From assembly GCA_024679065.1 (NCBI GenBank), contig JAGIQG010000009.1, forward strand, positions 66,216,001-66,280,000: DNA of 64,000 nt, written 5' to 3'. Source of the stretch: Sphyrna mokarran. Taxonomy: Eukaryota. Made by a program: the position numbers and the translations under genes. Below the pieces are notes generated by a model, which was given only the letters and a program-made list of their open reading frames with translations, was not told the origin of the DNA and did not search any database. This document shows, one piece after another, positions 53,095-64,000 of this stretch (the stretch's first letter is position 1; each line of letters opens with the position of its first letter).

Positions 53095-56000
53095 AACAAA
53101 AACAGGCAATGCTCAGCAAGTCAGGGGAAAACTGTGGAATCATAGGAACCCTGAGTGCAAAGGGATGCTATTCAGCCCATCGAGTCTACACCAATTACAA
53201 TCCCACCACGGCCTAACCCTCACAATCCCATGCATTTACCCTAAGTAGTTCCCCCCCGACACTAAGGAGCAATTTAGCATTGCCAATCCATCTAACCTGC
53301 ATGTCTTTGGACTGTGGAAGGAAACAGGACCAAGTGGAGGAAACACATAGATGCAGGGAGAACATGCAGACTCCGCACAGACAATGACCCAAGCGGAAAT
53401 CAAACCTGGATTCCTGACGCTGTGATGCAGCAGTGCTAAATACTGTGCCACTGTGCTGAGTTCAGGTCAATGACCTTGTGTCAGAAGAAAAAGTTAAGTG
53501 ATGCAACACATCTGAGCAAGTACAGAGTCAGAGAAAAGGGGGAATGAACAAAAGGAAGAGTCTATGACAGGATGAGGGCAGGAGAGATTCAATGACAATA
53601 GGGATAACAGTAACACTAAACAAGATGATCTTGGAACAGGGAGAAAAACAAAGGATATATATGGAAAATGATTCCAGGGATAAAGAACTTTGGCTATGTG
53701 GATAGATTGGACAAGTTGGGACAGTGTTCCTTGGAGAAAAAAAAGGCTGAAAGCAGTCTTGACAGAAGTATTCAAGACGCTGAGGAGTATGAACAGAATA
53801 AATAGTGAGTAACTGTTTCCACTACAAGAGAGCATCAAGAACGAGAGAGCACAGATTCAAAATGATTAACAAAAGGGCAACACGGTGGCACAGTGGTTAG
53901 CACTGCAGCCTCACAGCACAAGGACTTGAGTGCTCTGGTGCTCTAAATGTAATTCTATTAATATGTTATCTCACTTTTTTTTAACTTAAATTCTCACTGC
54001 TCATTTTTCACCAAGCAAAGGAGGGCGGCTGACATACTAATGGTACAAGTGAATAGTGGTCTGAAAGGAAAACTTGTTTTTGGTCCCGAGATGTGCGGAT
54101 TAGGTTCACTGCCTATGCTAAATTGACCCCAGCATCAGCGGGATTAGCAAGGGTAAATATGTGAGGTTACAGGAATAGGGCCTTGGTGGAATTGTGGTCA
54201 GTACAGATTTGATGGGCCAAATGGCCTCCTTTTGTACTGTAGGGATTCTATGATTAAAACTGGTTTTAGGAAAAAGGTTTTCATCCCAAAAGGCTTTTGG
54301 AGTCAGGAACAAACTTCCCGAGAGGATGCTGGAGGCAAATTCAATTGAGATATTGAAAATGGAATTGGATTGCTGTCTGAAAAGAGAAAATCCATAAGGT
54401 TATGGGGAGTGGGATGAGGTGTATTTCTCTTTCCATAAGACTGTGCAGACTTGACAGGCTGAATGACTTCCTTTTTGCACTGTAAATGTGATGTTGTGAA
54501 AATGTAATTTGGGATACAGGGCTAAAAAGCAGCAGCAACAGTTATAATCTGAGGATTTGAACTCGATGTTGAAGATTGTAAAGTACCTAATTGTAGGATG
54601 GGATTTTCTGGCCCATCCCACCGACAACATCATCCAGTTGAAGTCAATGCTTCATGGTGAATTCCCTTACGACAGAGTGGGCGAGCCATGCAAAAATCCA
54701 TAGATTCGACAGGACCAGAGATCCCACCAACAGGCTCATCTCATCTCCTGGGAGGGTTGGAAAATCCCGGCCATAAGATGTGGAGTTCTTCAAGTTTGCA
54801 TTGAGTCAAAACCATGGAATTACAGTACAGAAGGAGGCCATTTGGCCCGAGTCTGCATGACAATTCCACTCAGGTCCTATCCCTGTAGTTTCAGATATTT
54901 AGCCTCGTAGCCCGACTGACAGTAAGGGACAAGTTATTGTGGCCAATCAACCTAACCCATACATCTTTGGAGTGTGGAAGGAAACTGGAGCACCCAGAGG
55001 AAGCCCATGCAGACATGGGGAGACCATGAAAACTCTACACACCCGAGGCGGGAATCGAATCCAGTCCATGGCTCTGTGACTGTGTCCATGGCTCTAACCA
55101 CTGTGCCGCTTTGCTAGAACAACAAAGGGAACTAAGGAAAAATAATTAAAATGACAGGTGACCGGAACTTCAGGTGCCAGTCACAAATGCAGAGTAAATG
55201 GAGCTGTTCCACAAAGTGGTCATCCAGTCTGTATTTGGTCTTTGCAGTGTAGTTGAGGTCATATTGCGAACAGTGAATACATAGAACATAGAACAATACA
55301 GCACAGAACAGGCCCTTCGGCCTTCGATGTTGTGCCGACCAAAATAAAAAGCAATGCCCCTCCTAACTAAACCATTCCCTTCTCATCCATATACTTATCA
55401 ACTAACCTCTTAAACGCCACCAAACTTGGCGCATCTACAACAGCTGCAGGCAGGGCATTCCACTCCCTAATCACTCTTTGAGTAAAGAACCTACCTCTGA
55501 TATCCGTCCTATAACTCATACCCCTTAATTTAAAGCTGTGTCCCCTCGTGCTAGCTTTCTCCATCCTAGGAAAAAGGCTATCACTGTCCACCCTATCTAA
55601 ACCTCTAATCATCTTATATGCTTCAATAAGATCCCCTCTTAGCCGCCTCCTTTCTAACGAAAACAACCTCAAATCCTTCAACCTCTCTTCATAGGACCTG
55701 CCCTCCATACCAGGCAACATCCTGGTAAACCTCCTCTGTACCCTCTCCAATGCCTCCACATCTTTCTTATAATGTGGGGACCAGAACTGCACACAATACT
55801 CCAAGTGCGGCCGCACTAGAGTTTTGTACAGTTGCAACATGATGCTGCGGCTCCTAAATTCAATCCCCCTACCAATAAAAGCTAAGACTCCATATGCCTT
55901 CTTAACAACTTTATCCACTTGACTGCCTACTTTCAGGGATCTATTGACACATACACCAAGATCCTTCTGTTCCTCAACACTATTAAGAGCCCTACCATTA

Positions 56001-56815
56001 GCCCTATACTCTACACATTTATTGTTCCTGCCAAAGTGCATTACCTCACACTTTTCCACATTAAACTCCATTTGCCACCTCTCGGCCCAGCTCTGCAACT
56101 TGTCCAAGTCACTCTGTAAACTAAAACACCCCTCTTCACTATCTACCACTCCACCAACTTTAGTATCATCTGCAAATTTACTGATCCATCCCTCAATACC
56201 CTCATCCAGATCATTTATAAAAATTACAAACAGCAGGGGCCCCAAAACAGACCCCTGAGGCACACCACTCGTCACCGAACTCCACGATGAATATCTCCCA
56301 TCAACCACCACCCTCTGTCTTCTATCTGCCAGCCAATTTCTAATCCAATTAGCTAAATCACCCTCTATTCCACACATCTGCATTTTCTGTAGAAGTCTTC
56401 CATGGGCCACCTTATCAAAAGCCTTACTAAAGTCCATATATACTACATCATTTAATTTAATACAGCGTGTCAAATTGAAAGAAACACAACTTATTCTTTC
56501 ACCTGGAAGAATTTTATGGGGTCTTAGATAGTCATACGTGAAGAAGTGAAAGCGCATGTATTGAATCTCCTCCTGAAGTTGCATGGAAGGGTGCAGTGGG
56601 AAGGTGAGGGGGTTTTGAGGGTCAGGGGGAGTGGACCACAGTATTGCAGAGGAAACGGTCCCTTCAGAATGCCCTAAGGAGGTGTACGGTCAGACGCGTT
56701 TGGTGATGGCATCACGCTGAAAGTGACAGAAATGGTGGTGGGAAGTGAGGACAATCCTATCCTGGGTCTGGGATGGAGGGAAAGGGGCAAGAATCAGAAA
56801 TGTAGGAAACAGAAC
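53095..56815 (-). mobile_element. Old Penelope-like (GIY-YIG) element fragmented by nested SINE, LINE and MITE insertions
   Basis: SCVSFNLTRCI (56460-56490) continues as IHCSQYDLNYTAKTKYRLDDHFVEQL (55200-55280); hammerhead-like CTGACAC-AAGGTC-ATT-GACCT-GAAC at ~53460-53485. Confidence 0.6.
55279..56450 (-). mobile_element. Young 5'-truncated CR1-type LINE with uninterrupted RT C-terminal frame
   Basis: About 360 codons without stops (DVVYMDFSKAFDKV...GVPQGSVLGP...FADDTK...FFTQRV); (TGTTCTA)n tail; possible AATACA target-site duplication. Confidence 0.95.
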
Positions 56816-57297
56816 TGAATTTGGTCAAGGGTCCCATCAACCATGGTTCTGTGAGGGAAGAAATGAAAAAGAGCAGAACAAATAGAATTGAAAAGGCAGA
56901 TATTTTTTGTCAAAACAAAGAAAGCCATGTGGCAATTCTTATATCTTGGAAGTTGGTAGGTGCCGAGCACTGGGTATCTAGTCAATCTAATTTTGTTGAT
57001 GATTGATCACCCAATTTGGTTCAACAAACTTCAAATGTAGACCTGTATGTTAGGAGTTGCTATTTTCTCCATACCCCAATCTTCAGGTGACCCTCTAAGT
57101 CAGTAGGCCAGTGGGAAGGGTGACAATGGCTGGACAAGCTTTCAGAAGCTTACTACCTATTTAACTGAGCACAATGAAGTTCCAACTGTCTAATCTCCCA
57201 ATATTGTGACCCAACTACCTTGTTCCTTTAAGAATAACAGAAAATACTGGAAATACTGTGCAGTCTGGCTGAGGCCTTTCACTTCAGACCATTTTTT

Positions 57298-58052
57298 AAA
57301 ATTAATTCATGGGATATAGGCATTGCTGGCTGGCCAGCATTTATTGCCCATCCCTAATTCCCCTTGAGGAGGTGGTGTGAACGGCTTTCGCTAAACTGAA
57401 TCGCTGCAGTCCACGTAGGTTGACCCACAATGCCATTAGGCAAGGAATTCCACAATTTTAGACCCAGTGACTGCAAAGGAACAGCAATATATTTCCAAGT
57501 CAGATTGGTGAGTGGCTTGGAGGGGAACTTGCAGGATGGTGATGTTCCCATGTATCAGCTGCCCTTGTACTCTTAGATGGAAGTGGTTGTAGGTTTGGGA
57601 GGTGCTGCCTAAGGATCTCTGGTGAATTTCTGCAGCCCATCTTGTAGATGGTACACAAGGTTTCCACTGAGTGTTGCTGGTGGAGGGAGTGGATGTTTGT
57701 AGATGTGGTGCCAATCAAGCAGGCTGCTCTGTCCTGGATGGTGTCAAGCTTTTTGAGTGTTGTGGAGTTGCACCCATCCAGACAAATGGGGAGTATCCCA
57801 TCACACTCCTGACTTGTGCCTTTTAGATGATGGATAGGCTTTGGGGAGTCAGGAGTATTCCTAACCTCTGACCTGCACTTGTAGCCATTGTGTTAATGTG
57901 GTGAGTCCAGTTGAGTCTCTAGTCAACGGTAACCCCAAGAATGTTGACAGTGGGGGATTTAGTGATGGTAATACCATTGCATGTTAAGGAGCGGTGGTTG
58001 AGAATGTCTCTTATTGGTAATGGTCATTGTCTGGCATTTGTGTGGCACAAAC
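57298..58052 (-). mobile_element. L2/Crack-like non-LTR retrotransposon 3' fragment
   Basis: IGTTSTNIHSLHQQHSVETLCTIYKM and LWNSLPN motifs; GGGCAATAAATGCTGGCC tail. Confidence 0.78.
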
Positions 58053-58139
58053 ACCTACAATATAATTGGACATTCAGATCTGTTTTATGCTGTCCTGCCT
58101 CCTGACGCCTACTGAGCTATTATCCTGCTCTTTTCTTTG

Positions 58140-58555
58140 AGTTGAAAGGTCATGGTTCAAGTCTCATTCCAGAAATTTGAGCACAAAATCTACTCTTTTG
58201 CATCCAGTGCCAGACTGAAGGAGTGTTGCACTGTGCAGGCATTGTCTACCTGATTAATGTTAAAATGAAACTCTGCTTTGCACTCTGAACGGGGCCTAAA
58301 AGACCCTGTGACATGATTTCAGAAGGACAGGGGAGTTGTCTCTGCTGCCCTTAGCTAATATTTATCAGTCAATCACCATCACCAAAGGAAGCAGGTTATT
58401 TGCTCATTAACATTGCTCTTTGTGGGATCTTGCTACGTGCAGATTGTCCGCTGCCTTTCCTGTGTTCCAACAATGGTGACACTTCAATTTGTGTTTTATT
58501 GATTGTGAGAAACTTTCGGATGTCATGAAAGGTACTATATAAAGGCAAACTTTGC
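58140..58555 (+). mobile_element. Deu-SINE-like remnant
   Basis: GGTTCAAGTC head and Deu-like core matching 8290-8632. Confidence 0.65.
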
Positions 58556-60440
58556 TTTAGTTTTCAATTCCCTTGTTATAGACTCCCTCTGCTGGTTTGT
58601 GTAAAGAAAGTACTTCTATCCGGGGACATGCTTCCCCGTGACAACCTTCAAGCCTTCTCAGCTTTCCATTGGCAACAATCAGCTCATAAATTAAACAATT
58701 CCTATTTGTTTTATGTATTAGCTACCAGCAATTGTGGCAACTCTTTACGTGTTGGCATTAGGGCAACCCACAACTAAATGGCAAGTCAATGCAGGATTCG
58801 TTTAAACTCAAGTCTTACGCTAAAATTCCTTTACAGGATTAAATGCTGTAGTTGGGAGATGGGAGGCCATTTCAAACAAAACCACTGGGACCATTTCACT
58901 CTAAGTAAATTCTTGGCAATACTTAACACAAGAGTTGAGCAGATTAGCTCTCAACTTACTCCCTTGAGCTAGGACCATAGTGTCAGCCAAGCACACCTAA
59001 GCTGCAGTTAAGTACCCCAAAGTACCACTGGAATGATGCCAAGTATTAAAATAATGCCAGAAATCAAATATAAATGGGGAGTTTCAACATCAGCAGGCAA
59101 AATTAACTGATGCCAAATTATCCCTGGGCTTATAACTAGAATTTTACTCAGATCCCATTCCACTTGAAGGCAGCAAAGTTACTTTAAGCTAATGTGATAG
59201 AAATGTTGTCAATCTTTGTCAGTCACTAAATAAAAATCCAAGCCAAACAAAATGATGGGATGCACAATTCCTTCTCACAATTCCTATTTTAAAATGGATT
59301 TTTCTGGAGCAAAAAACAAAGTGGTGGCCAAGTCATTGAGGACAGAAATGGAGAGTTCTTGATTGATAAGGGATCAAAGATTACGGGGAAAAGACGGGAG
59401 TATGGGTTGCAAAACATTTCAGCCAAAATCAAATAGTGGAGCAGACTCGATGGGTTGAATGACCTAATTCTGTTCCTATATCTTATGGCTTTACTATAAA
59501 ATAAACGGTAAAAGTATTTATTAAAAAACGACATTGTTCTTCCGAGGATCACCTCACTTTAATCTTCTGTCGAGTAAAATTTCCCTAAGTGTAGGTGAGT
59601 GCTGATACTGGCCCAGCAAGTGACATTCCAGGCATTCCTGCATCTTTCTGAGCATGTTCCTGGCCCACTAGAGGCACTTCGAACTGGTCTGGAGTGTCAG
59701 TCATTTATAAAAGCCTTTCAAATCAAACACAATAGACGAGTGATGGAATAATAAACTACACACTCTGTGTACACAGATAAGCATTCACCCAGAGCCAATA
59801 TCCTTTCTAGTTAGACCTCAATTGCTTCTAATTGTTCTGAGCTCTATCACCACATAAGCTCTTCAAACAGCTTGATCTATGGCTATTACTGCTAATGATT
59901 AATAAGTACCATAAGTGATCCTGTACCACACCACAGAGCTACTCCAATCCTAGAAAATTCTGCTGAATTTACCTGTGGTTGCTCAAGAGCTGCTGCAATT
60001 GGCAGCTTAAAAAATGGGCTTGAAGTCCCATGTGTCATGAATCGATTTGCATCCGAGTACATGGCATAACTCGTAACTTCTATCTACTGACATCATTGCA
60101 ACATAGAAATAGGACTCCTCGAATACCTGTACTGCTATTATTTACTATTGCTCCAATATTGGGTACTAGAGCAATATTGCCCAACAGAAAGAACAACAGA
60201 AAAAACAGTGGACTTCATTCAGTCTTAAAACCATCATAACATCCACATTATCTTTAGAGAATGTAAGTTCCAAATCTTTTGTGTGGAAAATGGATTTCTA
60301 AATGAGCTAACTTCAATTTTAAGCTTGTATTTCCCTGTTCTCGATCTCCCTCTCCCTCCACCCCCTCAGCAAAGGATATCGTTTTCCTATATTAATTTTA
60401 TCACATGCATTAACATTTTAAACACCTGAAACACATTATT

Positions 60441-61256
60441 CGGGATTCTCCCAGCCTGCTGCACTGCTGGAGTAGTGCAGTGGGCCAGGAGATATCAGCG
60501 GGAGAGCCAGTGGGACTCCCAGGTTATTTTATTTTCAATATTTCCATATAGAATATCAAGCCCGAGGCGGTAGTATCCGGACCTGGAGAGATTTCCACCA
60601 GTGGGATTTACAGCTGCTCACCACCAATGGGGAACAAGTGTGCTCACCCCACTGGCAGGGGCAGAGGCCAATGAGGCCCTCGTGAGTTCAGGAGCAGGGG
60701 AGTGCCCCTAGCGCGGTGCTCACCAGGCATTGGGTACTATCAAGGGATCATTGGGCAGTACCAAGAGAGTGGGGCTTATTAGGGGCAGTGGTGGGGGATG
60801 ATCCCACTCTACAGTGGAATCAGTGGGGGAGAGAGTGAGGGATGGCTATAGGGGAGGCAAAATTAGGGCTGGCCATGAATGACTGGCCGATGGAGGGGGT
60901 GTGGGGGGTTGCGTAGGCCATCAATGGGGAGATGGGGTTGGGTAGGCCAGCAATGGAGTTTGGGGAGGGGGGGGCCCTGTAAAAAATGGAATCAGAGGTC
61001 AGTGATCGGGAGGCCAGTAAGGAGGTAAACCAGTATGCAAACAGAGTGGCCCACTGAGCACTATGCTGCCAGCCCCGTGGGTGGGATGAAGTCCCGCTGC
61101 TCTCTTCCCCTTTACTGCCATGAATCTCCCTGAGGCACTCTGTGACGCACAGAGTGTTGGAGTGTCATTTGGCCAAGTGTGCCCAAAGAAAGAGTGGGAA
61201 ATTCTCCTGTTTTCCCACCGGTTGGGCACATAGATTTTCTGGGGAGAATTCTGGCC
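60441..61256. mobile_element. Degenerate GC-rich TIR element (Harbinger-like)
   Basis: CGGGATTCTCCC ... GGGAGAATTCTG imperfect inverted ends; G-rich interior. Confidence 0.5.
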
Positions 61257-61604
61257 GTCATCTCCTGTACTCTGGGAAATTCAGATCAGTTTTATACAGC
61301 TGGAAGTTTCGGAGCCCACTATCATTCTGCATGTATCATTACAAAATCTGTGTTAACTATTCATGTCACAGGCTTTCAATAAGGGCCACAGGTTGGTCAG
61401 CTTTTGAGACAATCGCAACCAACCTTTGAAAATTTTCTAGATTGGCACGTATAAAGATATCCCGTAAGCTTAAATCAGTGTCAATCAGTATTGTGACTGG
61501 TCTTAGCAATTCAATTTGTCACTGCTGTAATTAGATATTCCTTTGAAATGCCCGGCAGCTAGTCAGTAAATCTGTTTCTATAAGAAACATGGGTTTAAAA
61601 TAGA

Positions 61605-61892
61605 GTGTTTTTTATGGCTTCTTTTAGAACTAAGGCAAAGAGAAATTTCTTCACCCAGAGGCTGCTGAGTGTGTGGAATTCATTACCACAGAATGTAATT
61701 GAGGCCATAACATTGCCTAATTTCAAGAAGAAATTAGATATAGTTCTTGGGGCTAAAGAGATCAAGGGATATGGGGGACAAGTGGGGGGGAAATCATGGT
61801 ATTGCATTCGATGATCAGCCATGATCAAAACGAATGGCGGAGCAGGCTCGAAGTGCTGAAGGGCCTACTCCTGCTTCCAATTTCTATGTTTC
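61605..61892 (+). mobile_element. CR1-type LINE 3' end
   Basis: RNFFTQRLLSVWNSLPQ and TTTCTATG tail. Confidence 0.85.
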
Positions 61893-64000
61893 TCTGTTAA
61901 ATAGCACTGTTGCTGCAGCAATGACCGACATGAAATGCAGACGGAGTGAGGGAGGATTGACTTATAATTGAGGGGACTGAATAAGACACCAAGTGCAAGC
62001 AAAGGTCTTAGCATCAAAGACCTGGAGATTGGCAGACAGTTAGCTGGGGTCAACAGCCATGGCATGCAAAAGGTGCAGTAAATGGCAGCCAATCATATGC
62101 ATCAATGTAGACATCTTTTTCATTATTGTTTCTTGGATTTGCTACTGTCCTTTCCTCGATCTAGTTCCAGATTATTTGGTGGTGAAGAAGCCAGTGTATT
62201 TTGGGTGACAATCTTTGATGATAATCGCCAGAAATCTCCAGGATGTTATCACCATTTTGTTCTGCTAATGGGGCTAACGTTAAGGGTGCCCACTATTGAC
62301 AGGGAATCTCACAATACACAACAAAATGGTTAGCTTGTGTAGGTTTAGCTCAAAGTGTTGTACTCTTGACTTCGACAGTAGATGGTCATAGGCTCAAACC
62401 CATTCTAGGGTTTGAAAACAAGGTTGTCAAATACATTAGCCACAAGTAGCTAATTGCATTTCTGAACAGGAAAATCAGAAAGCAATAATAGTCACAACCA
62501 TTAGGCATCTGATCTCAATACTCATATTTGCACAGCACATAACATTTTTGTGCATTCATTAATAAAAGAGAAGGTGAAAAGGAGACCATTTTCCTCTGAT
62601 CACAAAGGGTGCTTTTCTTCTTTGGTTACCCAATGTTGATAAAGGATTATAAAGTAAATATATCCGTGTGAAGTACATTTTATCTGCAATGTGTGGCTAA
62701 AACACTGAAGCTACATCTATGAGCTAATTAATGATTCATTCTGGACAAAGGAAAGCAAGGCTGATTCTCCAGTACAGTGGGAAAGATTTGCTGGCCTCCC
62801 AGTGGTGTGCTTCTTGGTGATGGGAAGTGGTCCACCTTTGGCCAGCAGCTGTCAATAGGATTTTCCATTGATTCTACTCCATTCTGCAATGGAGCCCGCA
62901 GTAGGGGTGCACCATCAGCGGGATCAGAAGATCCCACTGCCATCAACAGCAGGAAGATCAAAGAATGTGGGAGTTTGGAATTTTTGGAGGAGATGTTAAG
63001 CATTGCTGCAGGTCAGCCCTGATTCAAACAGTGAAACAGACTAGAGGGGCTGAAAGGCCAATCTCATCCACATGGTCCCCAAGTCTTTTCAGATGGATAC
63101 AAAATGTCCTGCAGAATTACTTGAAGGGACTTCTCCTGTTGTCTGGATAAGATTTCATCCCTTAACTGCTGCTACCAAAAAGAATAGGCTAACTTGCCAT
63201 TTATTGGATTTGCTGTTGGCAGGATCTTGCTGCGTTTATATTAGGTGCTGCTTTTTTGGAGGAAACAACAAAGCCTACATTTCAAAAACGATTAAATCGA
63301 CTATAAGGTATTTGAGATGTTTCTTTAAAGGTGCTGAATTCACAATACATTCACACTGACATACGATGATGTATGAACCAAAGCACGATCAATAAATAGA
63401 TTAATCAGTTTCAAAGACAAATCTTCTGATCTTTATAAGCTACTGTAATTAGTCGCAGAATACTCTGGTTACTATGTAATTTATAAGATAGCAAATCTTC
63501 TGATACAATATACAGTGGTTGAACTGCTGCCTCACAGCTAGGGACCCAGATTCAAGTCCAAGCTTGAGTCACTGTCTGTTCAGAGTCTGCACATTCCTCC
63601 TCTGTCTGTGTGGATTTCCTTCAGATGCTCCGGTTTGCTCCCACAGCCTGAAAGATGTGCTGGTTAGATGCGTTGGCTGTACTAAATTCTCCCAAGGCGT
63701 GCCCAAACAGGTGCCAGAGTGTGGAGACTAGGGAAGTTACTTTTCACAGTAACTTCTTTGCAGTTTAATGTAAGCCTACATGTGACACTAATAAATGAAC
63801 TTTAAATCAAAATAATTTCCTGTTCGGAGGTATTTATGAACCCTGGAGTTCTGAAAATGAAAGATGACGTACCCCAGTGTATTAAGCGGAAATAAACTTC
63901 AGTGTGTGGGGGCAACATTAACTGGGCTGCAATTAAACCCAAAAAAGCTTTAAGACAGAATTGGAATCTGGGTGGATTTAAACGCCTGACAATTAATTAC

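Noticed and set aside
55367-56584. 405-aa ORF as a host gene or domesticated RT
   Set aside because: It is a 5'-truncated CR1 ORF2 with a retrotransposon tail, lacking the endonuclease and N-terminal RT motifs.

Overview
Vertebrate, repeat-rich genomic DNA, very probably from a shark or other elasmobranch, judging by HE1/V-SINE-like and Deu-SINE-like SINEs, abundant CR1-type LINEs and Penelope-like remnants. The only host gene recognised is the 3' part of NOS1AP (CAPON) on the minus strand. Three coding exons (30561-30725, 18050-18215, 14211-14611) join in frame across GT-AG introns and end in the PDZ-ligand ...DDEIAV*. No upstream (PTB-domain or EETDIDA-type) exons were recognised in the remaining ~33 kb. 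The rest is intron, 3' UTR or intergenic DNA with decayed LINEs, SINEs, PIF/Harbinger-like TIR elements and Penelope-like pieces. Most notable oddities: (1) a ~385-bp diverged direct duplication bracketing the terminal exon that puts a copy of a 3'-UTR AATAAA in the last intron; (2) a candidate unannotated phase-0 first exon at 59973-60062; (3) a Penelope-like inverted hairpin and several degenerate hammerhead-ribozyme cores; (4) inverted repeat pairs around a symmetric exon; (5) a young LINE inserted into a GIY-YIG motif, creating a chimeric 405-aa ORF. I see no convincing wholly new multi-gene system. Repeat boundaries and family names are by-eye estimates.
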